Notes: a model not told the origin generated them from the letters alone. A stretch of 64,000 nucleotides of DNA from an uncultured Ferruginibacter sp. (GCA_964496585.1 CAZCAA010000002.1:36995-100994), one strand, 5' to 3'; positions 30,283-40,959 are shown, numbered from the stretch's first letter. Numbers and translations are program-made.

Positions 30283-31098
30283 ATGATCGCTTTTCCAAAT
30301 GGTAAAATAAATATTGGTTTACAGGTTTTGGAAAAAAGATCAGATGGATTTCACAACCTTCAAACAATATTTTATCCACTTTTTATAAAAGAAGCGGTTG
30401 AAATAATTACGAACAGCACAAATTCCGATGTTATATTTACTGCCAGCGGAAATAGTGTAGATGGAGACATCAACAATAATCTTTGTCTAAAAGCTTATCA
30501 GCTATTAAAACAGGATTTTCCTCAGCTACCGCCGGTGCGCATTCATTTACACAAAACAATACCAATGGGGGCAGGATTAGGCGGTGGTTCTGCCGATGCG
30601 GCTTTTACATTACAACTACTCAATAAAAAATATGAGCTTGGCTTAAACAATGGCCAACTTCAAACTTATGCATTATCGCTAGGCAGCGATTGCCCGTTTT
30701 TTATAATAAACAAACCTTGTTACGCAACCGGACGAGGTGAAATATTAGAGCCTATCAACCTTGATCTTTCTGAATACAGCCAGCTGCTGGTAAATCCCGG
30801 AGTCCATATCAATACCCGCATGGCATTCTCCCTTTTAAAAAATAAAAGCATTCCTATTTCTCTGCTGGAAGCTATTGAACAACCCATTGCAACATGGAAA
30901 GAAAATATCTTTAATGATTTTGAAAAGCCAATCTTCAACGAATACCCGGAAATTAAAGAATTGAAAGACAACCTATATGCTGCAGGTGCCTTATATGCTT
31001 CTATGAGTGGAAGTGGCAGCAGCGTTTACGGGATTTTTAAAAAAAGTGATACCCCTGCTTTAAAATTTCCAACACATTACTTTTACAAATGGGTTTAA
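30283..31098 (+). CDS. ispE: 4-diphosphocytidyl-2-C-methyl-D-erythritol kinase
   Basis: 'KINIGL', 'IPMGAGLGGGSADA', 'GSDCPFF', 'MSGSGS'. Confidence 0.95.
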   Translation: MIAFPNGKINIGLQVLEKRSDGFHNLQTIFYPLFIKEAVEIITNSTNSDVIFTASGNSVDGDINNNLCLKAYQLLKQDFPQLPPVRIHLHKTIPMGAGLGGGSADAAFTLQLLNKKYELGLNNGQLQTYALSLGSDCPFFIINKPCYATGRGEILEPINLDLSEYSQLLVNPGVHINTRMAFSLLKNKSIPISLLEAIEQPIATWKENIFNDFEKPIFNEYPEIKELKDNLYAAGALYASMSGSGSSVYGIFKKSDTPALKFPTHYFYKWV

Positions 31099-31103
31099 TT
31101 ATT

Positions 31104-31111
31104 TACCTTCG
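31104..31111 (+). promoter_or_regulatory. Bacteroidetes -7 promoter element for the rocD leader
   Basis: TACCTTCG, one mismatch to TAnnTTTG. Confidence 0.5.
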
Positions 31112-31139
31112 CCCCATCAATGTACTTAACACGATACCA

Positions 31140-31184
31140 ATGTTTTTAAGCAGCAATCTGGATTTGCTTAATCATCGAGGATAA
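31140..31184 (+). other. Candidate leader uORF MFLSSNLDLLNHRG (overlapping uORF MYLTRYQCF at 31120-31149)
   Basis: Hand-translated; lies between the promoter and rocD. Confidence 0.3.
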
Positions 31185-31263
31185 TCTTTCCTAAGGAATT
31201 TACAATCTACATTACGTAGCAGCATTTTATTTAACCATATTTTCTTTTTTTCAATTTACAGCT

Positions 31264-32499
31264 ATGCACACAACTATTCAGTTAACTGCCAACACACAAC
31301 ACTTTTTAGATCTCGAAGAAAAATACGGAGCCCATAACTATCATCCTTTGCCTGTTGTTATAAGCAAGGCATCGGGCGTATATATGTGGGATGTTGACGA
31401 CAAAAGATACTACGATTTTCTAAGTGGTTATTCCGCAGTAAATCAAGGTCATTGTCATCCTAAAATTACTGCTGCTCTGGTAGAGCAGGCTCAGGTACTT
31501 ACCCTTACATCAAGAGCATTTTATAACAATATTCTTGGCGAGTATGAACAATTCATCACTTCCTATTTTGGTTATGATAAAGTTTTACCTGTTAATACCG
31601 GTGTTGAAGCGGTAGAAACTGCGATTAAGCTTAGCCGTAAGTGGGGCTATGAAGTAAAGGGAATTGAAGATGGGATGGCAAAAATCATTGTATGCTCAGG
31701 CAACTTTCATGGTAGAACGGTTGGTGTTATCTCTTTTAGTTCGGACCCTACAGCAACTAAAAATTTCGGACCATTTGTTAGTGGATTCAGCATGATTCCA
31801 TTTAACGATTTATCGGCACTCGAAAAAGAGTTACAGGATAAAAATGTTGCAGCTTTTTTATTTGAGCCGATTCAGGGAGAAGCTGGAGTAGTAGTACCTG
31901 ACGAAGGTTACTATGCAGGAATCAGAAAATTGTGCACTGAATACAATGTATTGATGGTGGCAGATGAAATTCAGACAGGTTTGTGCAGAACCGGAAATTT
32001 GCTGGCGTGCGATCATGAAAACGTAAGACCTGATATGGTAATATTGGGTAAAGCTTTAAGCGGCGGTATTTTGCCGGTAAGTGCTGTATTAGCTGATGAT
32101 GAAATTATGCTTACCATTAAACCCGGTGAACATGGTAGTACTTATGGTGGGAATCCATTGGCTTGCAAAGTTGCAATCGCAGCGTTGAAGGTTTTGCAGG
32201 ATGAACAACTGGCAAATAATGCCAGTAAGATGGGAGAATTATTTCGGTCGGAGCTTAAAAAATTAAACTCCCCACATATTAAACTTATCCGTGGACGTGG
32301 TTTATTAAACGCGATTGTAATTAAACACGAAAACCCGGAAGCAGCATGGGATCTTTGTCTGGAACTTAAAGAAAATGGTTTACTGGCAAAGCCAACACAC
32401 GGAGACAAGATCAGGTTTGCACCACCCCTGCTGATTAATAAAGAACAGGTGCTTGAATGTGTAGGAATTATTGAAAAAAGTTTACAGATTCTAAACTAA
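31264..32499 (+). CDS. rocD: Ornithine--oxo-acid aminotransferase
   Basis: 'GAHNYHPLP', '[11 protein letters not shown]', 'EPIQGEAG', 'DEIQTG', 'GKALSGG'. Confidence 0.96.
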   Translation: MHTTIQLTANTQHFLDLEEKYGAHNYHPLPVVISKASGVYMWDVDDKRYYDFLSGYSAVNQGHCHPKITAALVEQAQVLTLTSRAFYNNILGEYEQFITSYFGYDKVLPVNTGVEAVETAIKLSRKWGYEVKGIEDGMAKIIVCSGNFHGRTVGVISFSSDPTATKNFGPFVSGFSMIPFNDLSALEKELQDKNVAAFLFEPIQGEAGVVVPDEGYYAGIRKLCTEYNVLMVADEIQTGLCRTGNLLACDHENVRPDMVILGKALSGGILPVSAVLADDEIMLTIKPGEHGSTYGGNPLACKVAIAALKVLQDEQLANNASKMGELFRSELKKLNSPHIKLIRGRGLLNAIVIKHENPEAAWDLCLELKENGLLAKPTHGDKIRFAPPLLINKEQVLECVGIIEKSLQILN

Positions 32500-32523
32500 A
32501 AAAACTGTTTCAACTCTAGCAAA

Positions 32524-33231
32524 ATGGATACTCACCTGCACCACGATCACATCGAATCTCATTTAAAGAGTTCCGACATGTTAAAGGATGTAGTAATTGG
32601 AATGAGCGACGGATTAACTGTTCCATTTGCCTTGGCAGCCGGATTAAGCGGTGCAGTAGATAGCAGCAATATCATTGTAATTGCCGGTATTGCTGAGATT
32701 GCTGCCGGTAGTATAGCAATGGGACTAGGCGGTTATCTTGCTGGCAAAACAGAGCAGGACCATTATAGAAGTGAAGTAAAAAGAGAACATCATGAGGTAG
32801 AAAATTTGCGGGAAAGGGAAATTGAAGAAACAAAAGATTTTTTTGCAAATATTGGACTTAGTAAAGAAATACAGGAAAAAGCAACAGAAGAAATTGCACG
32901 GGATAAAGACCGTTGGGTTGATTTTATGATGAAGTATGAACTAGGCCTGGATAAACCAGATCCAAAAAGAGCCACTAAAAGCGCTTTAAACATCGGACTT
33001 TCTTATGTAGCTGGAGGTATCATTCCCCTAAGTCCCTATTTTTTTATTAGTAGTTCTACTGAAGCATTAAAATATTCGGTTGTGGCAACCCTTATCTGCC
33101 TGTTTATTTTTGGTTATTTTAAAAGCAGGATAACGGGTGTTAATGCAATCGCAGGCGCATTCAGGGTTATGATGATAGGTGCGATTGCTGCTTCAGCAGC
33201 TTTTGGTGTTGCAAAACTTTTTGAAGGCTAA
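32524..33231 (+). CDS. VIT1/CCC1 iron/manganese transporter family protein
   Basis: 'DVVIGMSDGL', 'AGSIAMGLGGY', His-rich N-terminus. Confidence 0.93.
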   Translation: MDTHLHHDHIESHLKSSDMLKDVVIGMSDGLTVPFALAAGLSGAVDSSNIIVIAGIAEIAAGSIAMGLGGYLAGKTEQDHYRSEVKREHHEVENLREREIEETKDFFANIGLSKEIQEKATEEIARDKDRWVDFMMKYELGLDKPDPKRATKSALNIGLSYVAGGIIPLSPYFFISSSTEALKYSVVATLICLFIFGYFKSRITGVNAIAGAFRVMMIGAIAASAAFGVAKLFEG

Positions 33232-33276
33232 ATATTTAAAACATTAAATAACCTGTTAATAAAAAAGCAGCATATT

Positions 33277-33888
33277 TTACAAATTATTGTTGTAATTATT
33301 TTTTTCCAGAATAAAAAATAGTTCACTTCCCTTTCTTGGTTCGATAGAATTATAACATCGTTCCATTGTTTTTAACCGGAAATATGGAGAAAATAATTTT
33401 CTAAATTCTCCTTCGCTTCCGCCAAAGGGCGGACCGCCAACAAATGAACGATCAAATAATAATCCAACCAGTTTACCGGATTGATTTAATAGCTCCTTCA
33501 TTTTTATAGCATAATCACTTCTAAGCATTGGATCCAGTGCACAAAAAAAAGTTTGTTCAATAATCAGATCATATTTGCCTTGATGCATAAAAAAATCTCC
33601 GCAGATTATTTCCAATCCTCTACCGATAAATCGCTTTAATTTTTCTTTTAGGCTTTTAACTAACAATGGCGATATATCTACTAATGTGATATTAGAAAAT
33701 CCGTTATCTAAAAGATAAAGTGCTTCATAAGCATTACCACAACCTGGTATTAAAATAGCAATATCTTTTTTTACTAATTGGTTGACATACATTTTTATTG
33801 GCTCAGCTATTTCACCAACATCCCAGCCGGTAGCATGGGTGAGATACCTTTGATCCCAAAATTTATCGTTTAACTCAGGTGCTGTCAT
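33277..33888 (-). CDS. Thiopurine S-methyltransferase (TPMT) family SAM methyltransferase
   Basis: 'FWDQRY...GWD', 'LIPGCG', 'EQTFFCA', 'GPPF'; start reassigned to 33888. Confidence 0.9.
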   Translation of the reverse strand: MTAPELNDKFWDQRYLTHATGWDVGEIAEPIKMYVNQLVKKDIAILIPGCGNAYEALYLLDNGFSNITLVDISPLLVKSLKEKLKRFIGRGLEIICGDFFMHQGKYDLIIEQTFFCALDPMLRSDYAIKMKELLNQSGKLVGLLFDRSFVGGPPFGGSEGEFRKLFSPYFRLKTMERCYNSIEPRKGSELFFILEKNNYNNNL

Positions 33889-33889
33889 A

Positions 33890-34879
33890 TTAACTAAGAA
33901 TATTGTGTTTGTTATTGCTGGATATGTTTTGCATAGTCCATTTAATTTTTTTTTCAAATGGATGTTTACGAACCGGACAACCAACTTTCTGACAAATTTT
34001 GCAAGAAAAATCGAGGCAGCCATCTGAATGAACAAATAATTCTACCGACTCTCCGTACTGCTTTCGCACTAGCCCAGACAATGCATCGATTTCCTTGTGT
34101 GCCTCGTGAACATTAAAATACCATGGCACCGTGAGGTGGCAATCGAGATGAAGAGTTGGTCCGTATTTGATGATTCTTAAATTATGAAGGTCTATCCAGT
34201 TTTCATTTCGGTTTGCATCTAGTGTTACAACCATTTTCTTTAACAGATCAATATCTGCTTCATCCATAATTCCCGCGATAGATGATCGTACTATCTTGTA
34301 TCCGGTCACTAAAATGATCAATGCAAATAAAATAGCAACAGCACTATCTATCCAGGTAATATTAGTAAACAACAAAAGAATCAATCCGGCAATAATACCA
34401 ACTGTTGTATAGGTATCAGCTTTTAAGTGTTTACCACTGGCGATCAACGCCAAAGAATTACTCTTTCTTCCTTCTCTTTCGCAAATTGCGCCGGCAACAA
34501 AATTAACAATCGCAGTTGCTGCAACGAGGTAGATACCAACATCCAGTTTTCTTATAATATGAGGATTACTTAAATTATTTATAGCTTCAACAATAATCAC
34601 AATACCGGCTATCGTGATTAAAGTACCTTCAATTGCTGCAGAAATAAATTCCACTTTACCATGGCCATAAGGATGATCCAAATCTTTTGGTTTGGCCGAA
34701 ACATAAAGAGAGTAAACGCCAACAAGGCCAGCAATTACATTAACGATACTCTCTAATGCATCAGTTAGTATCGCTACAGAACCAGTAATATACCAGGCAA
34801 TAATCTTTATTAAAAAAAGAGCAATAGAAATAATTGCAATGATCTTTTGTATCCGCAGGTTTTGTTGGGATGTATTCAA
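33890..34879 (-). CDS. Cation diffusion facilitator family transporter
   Basis: 'DALES', 'HPYGHGKVE', 'HLKAD'; Cys-rich C-terminal tail; TTG start. Confidence 0.93.
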   Translation of the reverse strand: MNTSQQNLRIQKIIAIISIALFLIKIIAWYITGSVAILTDALESIVNVIAGLVGVYSLYVSAKPKDLDHPYGHGKVEFISAAIEGTLITIAGIVIIVEAINNLSNPHIIRKLDVGIYLVAATAIVNFVAGAICEREGRKSNSLALIASGKHLKADTYTTVGIIAGLILLLFTNITWIDSAVAILFALIILVTGYKIVRSSIAGIMDEADIDLLKKMVVTLDANRNENWIDLHNLRIIKYGPTLHLDCHLTVPWYFNVHEAHKEIDALSGLVRKQYGESVELFVHSDGCLDFSCKICQKVGCPVRKHPFEKKIKWTMQNISSNNKHNILS

Positions 34880-35088
34880 AAATAAAAATTGAAGCGTAAA
34901 GGTATCAAATTAAAATAACCGCAATATCCTATTAGCAACTTTTGGTTGTCCATGCTTAAAATACCCAACTCAAAATAAAAATAGTTCTTCCTTCATGTAA
35001 TTGTACTCAGAAAAAAATAATACTGTTAAAAGAAAATTTTTATGAATGTAAAAATCGATTTGGTATATTATTTGGTTATTAGGCTCTC

Positions 35089-35670
35089 ATGAAAAGAAAA
35101 ATTATTGTTGCCGTGGCAATACTCTTCCTATGTGTAGGAGTTGCTGCTGAATCTAACGCCCAAAAAAGTAGTAGCCCTGTTACTCCATTCAGACAAGGGA
35201 GTGTGACCTTAAATTTAGGAGTTGGTTTTGGAAACGATTACAAAAATGATTTTGGGAATAGGTCTACTTTCGGAACAAAAGCAGCTTTAGAGTTTGGCAT
35301 CTGGAACGCAGGCCCAGGCGTAGTTTCGCTGGGTGCGGAAGTAGGTGCAACCACCTCCAATAAAAGCAACAGAAATTATAATGATGACTTTAAAGCCAAT
35401 ACCATTGTTGTTGGCGGCCGCTCTGCCTGGCATTATGGTTGGAAAGTTCCAGGTTTAGACACATACGGTGGCGTATCTGCAGGAGCCGCTTTTTATCAAT
35501 ATAATTATAACTATAACGGTGGATCAAGAACTAACTATAACGACGTATTCCCTGTATTGGGAGGTTTTGTTGGAGCATCGTATTTCTTCACCCCTGCCTT
35601 TGGAGTAAATGCCGAAGCCGGATTTGATATTACTTCACTGCAGGCAGGTGTAATATTCAAGTTCAAATAA
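35089..35670 (+). CDS. Outer-membrane beta-barrel protein
   Basis: Signal peptide, alternating beta strands, aromatic residue near the C-terminus. Confidence 0.8.
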   Translation: MKRKIIVAVAILFLCVGVAAESNAQKSSSPVTPFRQGSVTLNLGVGFGNDYKNDFGNRSTFGTKAALEFGIWNAGPGVVSLGAEVGATTSNKSNRNYNDDFKANTIVVGGRSAWHYGWKVPGLDTYGGVSAGAAFYQYNYNYNGGSRTNYNDVFPVLGGFVGASYFFTPAFGVNAEAGFDITSLQAGVIFKFK

Positions 35671-35711
35671 AGAACTGTAATAACTTTTTTCCCTTAGAAA
35701 CTTCAACATAG

Positions 35712-35756
35712 AAAGGTTCTTTTTAATACTATTTTGTATTAGAAGGGCCTTTTTTT
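35712..35756 (+). terminator. Intrinsic terminator
   Basis: AAAGGTTCTTTTTAATAC...GTATTAGAAGGGCCTTTTTTT. Confidence 0.65.
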
Positions 35757-35858
35757 GTATCATGGTATAAATAACGGGAATTCATCATTTAAAAAAAAGT
35801 GAACAGATCGTTTGAACTTACCGGGCAAAGCTTACTTTTGTTCCCTAAAAAAAGCCAT

Positions 35859-37013
35859 ATGCAGTTTCAACTTTCCGAAGAACATCTGATGATTCAAAAA
35901 GCAGCAAGGGACTTCGCTATAAATGAATGCCTTCCAGGGGTGATTGAAAGGGATGAGCATCAAAAATTCCCTAAAGAGCAGATTGAAAAACTGGCAGATC
36001 TTGGATTTATGGGAATGATGGTGAAGCCAGAATACGGCGGGAGCGGAATGGATACAATAAGTTATGTTTTGGCGATGGAAGAGATCAGTAAAATTGACGC
36101 CAGTGTAAGTGTTTGTGTTAGCGTAAACAACAGCCTGGTTTGCTACGGTTTGCAGGAATATGCCAATGAAGACCAGAAACAAAAATACCTCGTACCATTG
36201 GCGCAGGGAAAAAAGAATGGAGAATTGTATATAGGTGCTTTCCTTTTAAGCGAACCTGAAGCGGGAAGCGATGCAACTTCCCAAAGTACCACGGCGGAGG
36301 ACAAAGGAGATTATTATTTGCTAAATGGCACTAAGAACTGGATTACCAATGGCAATAGTGCAAGTGTTTACCTTGTTATAGCCCAAACAGATGTAAGCAA
36401 AGGTAGTCGCGGAATAAACGCTTTTATTGTAGAAAAAAACTGGCCAGGTGTGGTTGTTGGTGCAAAAGAAAATAAGCTTGGTATTCGTGGAAGTGATACA
36501 CATACTATCCTATTCAATGATGTAAAAGTGCCGAAAGAGAACCGCATTGGCGAAGATGGATTCGGTTTTAAATTCGCTATGAAAACCCTGGCTGGCGGCA
36601 GAATTGGAATAGCTTCTCAGGCGTTGGGTATTGCAAGTGGGGCATACGAATTAGCATTGAAATATAGCAAACAACGAAAGGCATTTGGAACAGAGATCAT
36701 GAACCACCAAATCATTCAATTTAAACTGGCGGATATGGCTACCCGAATTGAATCTTCCAGGTTGCTTTGCCTGAAGGCAGCGTGGGAAAAAGATGAACAT
36801 CTTGATTATACACTTAGCAGTTCAATGGCAAAAGTGTTTAGTAGTGAAACAGCCATGTGGACGGCAACTGAAGCAGTTCAAATTCATGGAGGCTATGGTT
36901 TTGTAAAAGAATACCATGTTGAAAGATTGATGCGAGATGCAAAAATCACGCAGATCTATGAAGGAACAAGTGAAGTACAAAGAATCGTTATCAGCAGAAC
37001 GATTTTAAAATAG
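35859..37013 (+). CDS. Acyl-CoA dehydrogenase (short-chain/butyryl type)
   Basis: 'LSEPEAGSDA', 'KNWITNG', 'GGRIGIA', 'GGYG', 'IYEGTSEVQR'. Confidence 0.95.
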   Translation: MQFQLSEEHLMIQKAARDFAINECLPGVIERDEHQKFPKEQIEKLADLGFMGMMVKPEYGGSGMDTISYVLAMEEISKIDASVSVCVSVNNSLVCYGLQEYANEDQKQKYLVPLAQGKKNGELYIGAFLLSEPEAGSDATSQSTTAEDKGDYYLLNGTKNWITNGNSASVYLVIAQTDVSKGSRGINAFIVEKNWPGVVVGAKENKLGIRGSDTHTILFNDVKVPKENRIGEDGFGFKFAMKTLAGGRIGIASQALGIASGAYELALKYSKQRKAFGTEIMNHQIIQFKLADMATRIESSRLLCLKAAWEKDEHLDYTLSSSMAKVFSSETAMWTATEAVQIHGGYGFVKEYHVERLMRDAKITQIYEGTSEVQRIVISRTILK

Positions 37014-37035
37014 TAAATTTATTAAATAAGAATTT

Positions 37036-37070
37036 ATGTGCAAATGATTTCCCGTTTGCACATTTTTTTT
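37036..37070 (+). terminator. Intrinsic terminator
   Basis: ATGTGCAAATG-N6-CGTTTGCACAT followed by a T-run. Confidence 0.85.
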
Positions 37071-37237
37071 GTGATTACTTTTGATGCTGTTGACATTATT
37101 TTTAAATTGGAAGCAGTTTTAGCCTAGTTAAAATTTAAGAAGTTTAGCTATCGTATTCAACTGTCATTTCGGAAGTACTTGAAAGAAAAATAGCCGGCAG
37201 CAAAAAACCATTTGCCATCGCAATAAAAAATAATAAA

Positions 37238-37918
37238 ATGGCTGTAAACATTGCAGGGTACCAACAGGTCAAAAAAAAATTAGATGCCAGCCATGTTACA
37301 TTGGTGGCAGTTTCTAAAACAAAACCTATTGAGGATATTCAACAATTATATGATCTTGGCCAAAGGGATTTTGGAGAAAATTATGTGCAGGAATTGGTAG
37401 ATAAATACCAGGCATTGCCAAAAGATATTCGCTGGCATTTTATCGGGCATCTGCAAACTAATAAAGTAAAATATATTGCTCCATTTGTTCATCTTATACA
37501 TGGTGTAGATTCTGCAAAACTTTTATCAGAGGTAAATAAACAGGCAAAAAGAACTGAAAGGCAAATCGCGTGTTTATTACAGGTATTTATTTCTAAAGAG
37601 GAAACTAAGTTTGGGTTTGATGAACCGGAATTGATGGAAGTTATCTCTTCGCTAAATAAAAACGAATATGAGCATGTTACATTAAAAGGACTCATGGGCA
37701 TGGCAACTTTTACTGAAGACAATTCCCTGATCATTTCAGAATTTAACATGCTACACAATATTTTTGAAAAGGTTAAAGCTCAATTAACCGGAACCAGTTA
37801 TCCGTTCTCTATCTTAAGTATGGGCATGAGTGCCGACTACCAGTTTGCTATAGACGCAGGTTCTACCATGGTGAGAATAGGAAGTTTTCTTTTTGGAGAA
37901 AGGAATTACAAATTATAA
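37238..37918 (+). CDS. yggS: PLP homeostasis protein (YggS family)
   Basis: 'VAVSKTKP', 'FGENYVQE', 'WHFIGHLQTNK', 'SMGMSAD', 'VRIGS'. Confidence 0.95.
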   Translation: MAVNIAGYQQVKKKLDASHVTLVAVSKTKPIEDIQQLYDLGQRDFGENYVQELVDKYQALPKDIRWHFIGHLQTNKVKYIAPFVHLIHGVDSAKLLSEVNKQAKRTERQIACLLQVFISKEETKFGFDEPELMEVISSLNKNEYEHVTLKGLMGMATFTEDNSLIISEFNMLHNIFEKVKAQLTGTSYPFSILSMGMSADYQFAIDAGSTMVRIGSFLFGERNYKL

Positions 37919-38138
37919 TCGCTAAAGTTGAAGAAAATTTGCTTACGCAGATTATTGCCGGTTGAGGTGAAAATAGTGGTGCACTAGTTTGAATATTTAA
38001 ACAAGGCCTCTGAATCGCATGCTAACAGCATATTTTATTAATAAAATTGTTAAAATTTTAGTTTGCGGTATGAATTAGTTTTATTGAATAGTCTGTTTAA
38101 TAATAATGAAATAACTTTATCCAACACAATCTTTTAAT

Positions 38139-38960
38139 ATGACGGCTTCCTACGAATCTGAAAAAAATAGAAAAGCATTTATTTACACAACAATTATTTG
38201 TGTAACCTTGCTGCTGCTGTTTTTTCTGATCAGCTGGAAAGTATTCCCACCTACTATTCCTATAGTTCAGGATTTGATTGAAATTAACCTCGGCAACGAC
38301 AATGAAGGATTTGGTGATGAACAGCCGCTCATAAAAGGAAACCGTACGCCATCTGAAGAAAATATCCCAATAGCAAAAGCTGCCGCAGCTGCGCCTGCTG
38401 AAGAAGAAAACGTTACTGCGGATGACAATGCTGAAAAAGATGCAGCTCCTGTTGCCGCACCGGTAAAACCTACCACAAAAGTAAAAGTTGAAAAGGCAAT
38501 TGTTCCCGTTATTGCCCCGGCACCAAAACCACAAAAACCTAAAATAACTTACAATGGGCCGGGAGCAGGAAAGCCAGGCAACAATCCTGATCAGGACAAC
38601 GGATATGTTTATCAGGGAAACAAACCTGGTGGTGGAGGAGATAATGGATCGCCTGATGGTAACAAAGATTCCTATGGAAATACTCCTGGTGGAAAAGTGG
38701 GAGGACCCAAAGTAACAAAAGGAAACAGGAAGATCGTACGCTATTATTCTTTTACCGGTGAATTACCGAAAGCAACTATTTATGCAATAATTAAAGTAAA
38801 TCCGGCCGGACAAGGAACTTTTGTAGGTTTTGATAAAGGCAGTACTAACCGTAGCCAGGGTTATGCTACAGCTATCAGTAATTATCTGCGTAATATGCAG
38901 TTTGATAAGGCGGATGAGTCTTCGAATGTAACAGTTCAGTTTAATTTTAATGTAAATTAA
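38139..38960 (+). CDS. TonB/TolA-like energy transducer
   Basis: TM anchor, 'INLG', Pro/Ala- and Gly-rich linkers, C-terminal TonB-like domain; adjacent to folC. Confidence 0.7.
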   Translation: MTASYESEKNRKAFIYTTIICVTLLLLFFLISWKVFPPTIPIVQDLIEINLGNDNEGFGDEQPLIKGNRTPSEENIPIAKAAAAAPAEEENVTADDNAEKDAAPVAAPVKPTTKVKVEKAIVPVIAPAPKPQKPKITYNGPGAGKPGNNPDQDNGYVYQGNKPGGGGDNGSPDGNKDSYGNTPGGKVGGPKVTKGNRKIVRYYSFTGELPKATIYAIIKVNPAGQGTFVGFDKGSTNRSQGYATAISNYLRNMQFDKADESSNVTVQFNFNVN

Positions 38961-39088
38961 TTTCCTGCTTGTTTTCATTTTCCATGCTATAAAAGTCTTC
39001 GAAGTCCGGCGTAAATCGTCTTATTCAATTGTACCAGTATTACACAAATTTGCTTTTCTGCTGTTAGTTAATCTACTTATTTTTGCTC

Positions 39089-40384
39089 ATGACTTATGAA
39101 GAAACCATCAGTTATTTGTACAGCCAGTTGCCCATGTATAGCAGGATTGGTGCAGCAGCTTATAAAGAAGACCTTCATAATACTATAGAATTGTGTAATG
39201 CGATTGGTAATCCACAAAAAAAAATCAGGTGTATACATGTTGCAGGTACTAACGGCAAAGGAAGTACGAGCAATATGCTGGCGGCAATATTACAACAGGC
39301 TGGTTATAAAACAGGTTTATACACTTCGCCTCATATAAAAGATTTCAGAGAAAGAATCCGCATCAATGGAGAGATGGTGAGTAAAGATTTTATTGTGAAT
39401 TTCGGAGAAAGTACGAAGGAGATTTCGGAGAAGATTGAACCATCATTTTTTGAACTCACAGTCGCGATGGCTTTTGACTATTTTGCTAAGGAAGATGTTG
39501 ATATCGCAGTTATTGAAACCGGGCTGGGTGGCAGGCTGGATAGTACTAATATAATTTCTCCCCTACTTTCAGTGATCACTAACATTGGCTTAGACCATGT
39601 ACAATTGCTGGGAAATAGTTTGCAGCAGATCGCGTATGAAAAAGCAGGTATTATCAAGAGGAACACGCCGGTTGTAATTGGAGAATCACAGGTGGAGACA
39701 AATCCGGTATTCCTGAAAAAATCAACAGAAGAAAATGCAGCTATTTATTTCGCAACAGAAATATACACGGTAGAATACATAGAAACCTCGGGGGATCTCT
39801 TACTTTGTTATGTTAGAAACAACCAGACGAGTGTGGTAGAAAAATTAAAGTTGGACCTAACAGGTCTATATCAAACCAAAAACGTATGTACAACATTATG
39901 TGCAGTGGGAATTTTAAAAGAGCTGGGATTTAATTTGCCGGAAGTCGATATTCATTACGCACTGGAAAATGTAGGAAAGTTAACAGGATTAAAGGGCAGG
40001 TGGCAGGTGGCGGCCACTAAACCTACACTGATCTTTGATGTTGCGCATAACGCAGATGGAATTTACGAAGTTCTTCAACAACTAAAAATTAATTACCCAT
40101 CATCCGGTTATCATTTTATTCTTGGATTTGTTAATGATAAAGATGTATCAAATGTATTATCATTGTTTCCACCAACTGCCACTTACTATTTTACGAATGC
40201 TCATATTCCCCGGGCCCTTCCAAAAGAAGATCTTAAAAAAATTGCAGCTGATTATTTATTAGAGGGAGAAAATTTCGACAATGTAAATGATGCGATTGCC
40301 ATGGCAATGAAAAATGCGAACCCACACGATGTGATAATGGTTTGCGGTAGTTTTTTTATTATTGCAGAGATAGAAGGATATTAA
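39089..40384 (+). CDS. folC: Folylpolyglutamate synthase/dihydrofolate synthase
   Basis: 'HVAGTNGKGS', 'YTSPH', 'ETGLGGRLDSTN', 'DVAHN'. Confidence 0.96.
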   Translation: MTYEETISYLYSQLPMYSRIGAAAYKEDLHNTIELCNAIGNPQKKIRCIHVAGTNGKGSTSNMLAAILQQAGYKTGLYTSPHIKDFRERIRINGEMVSKDFIVNFGESTKEISEKIEPSFFELTVAMAFDYFAKEDVDIAVIETGLGGRLDSTNIISPLLSVITNIGLDHVQLLGNSLQQIAYEKAGIIKRNTPVVIGESQVETNPVFLKKSTEENAAIYFATEIYTVEYIETSGDLLLCYVRNNQTSVVEKLKLDLTGLYQTKNVCTTLCAVGILKELGFNLPEVDIHYALENVGKLTGLKGRWQVAATKPTLIFDVAHNADGIYEVLQQLKINYPSSGYHFILGFVNDKDVSNVLSLFPPTATYYFTNAHIPRALPKEDLKKIAADYLLEGENFDNVNDAIAMAMKNANPHDVIMVCGSFFIIAEIEGY

Positions 40385-40929
40385 ATTATCTTATTCGCAG
40401 TAAGATATTCAAAACCATAAAACATACACAACGCATGCAAGCTTTGTTTTATTTCGTTGTTCATAAGCATCTGCCTTAATTCATCGATAGGCTTTAAGAT
40501 TATATCAATTTCTTCATTTGCATCTAATTGCTGTGGAGCGGTTATTACGGCTCCTAATGCGAGGAACATGTAAGTGTAATTATTTAATACACCTGGATTG
40601 AGGGCAGTTTTTCCCAACAAGTGAATGCTATTGCATGAATAACCTGTTTCTTCCAGCAATTCTCTTCTGATAGCCAGTTCCGGATCTTCACCTGCTTCAA
40701 TAAATCCTCCAGGAAGTTCTAGCATAGATTCACCAACAGGATGCCGGTATTGTTTTACCAATACAACTTCATTGTTTTCCGTAATTGCCATTACACCTGC
40801 GGCCATTGGAAGTTCAACCACAAAATAAGGATCTACTATTTTTCCGGTATCGGTTTGATAGCTGTCTTTTCTTGCAGTGAAATACTGGTGCCTGCTGATG
40901 TATTCGGAACTGATTGTTTTAACGGACAT
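40381..40929 (-). CDS. NUDIX hydrolase (ADP-ribose pyrophosphatase-like)
   Basis: 'QYRHP...ELPGG', 'RELLEETG'. Confidence 0.92.
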   Translation of the reverse strand: MSVKTISSEYISRHQYFTARKDSYQTDTGKIVDPYFVVELPMAAGVMAITENNEVVLVKQYRHPVGESMLELPGGFIEAGEDPELAIRRELLEETGYSCNSIHLLGKTALNPGVLNNYTYMFLALGAVITAPQQLDANEEIDIILKPIDELRQMLMNNEIKQSLHALCMFYGFEYLTANKII

Positions 40930-40959
40930 TTAATTCTGGATAAAATTTTATGCGAGTGG

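Noticed and set aside
33889-34035. Apparent long overlap of the TPMT ORF with the CDF gene
   Set aside because: Artifact of longest-ORF calling; TPMT-like sequence begins at Met 33888
38560-38710. Gly/Asn/Pro-rich quasi-repeats
   Set aside because: Low-complexity linker of the TonB-like protein, not a DNA repeat array
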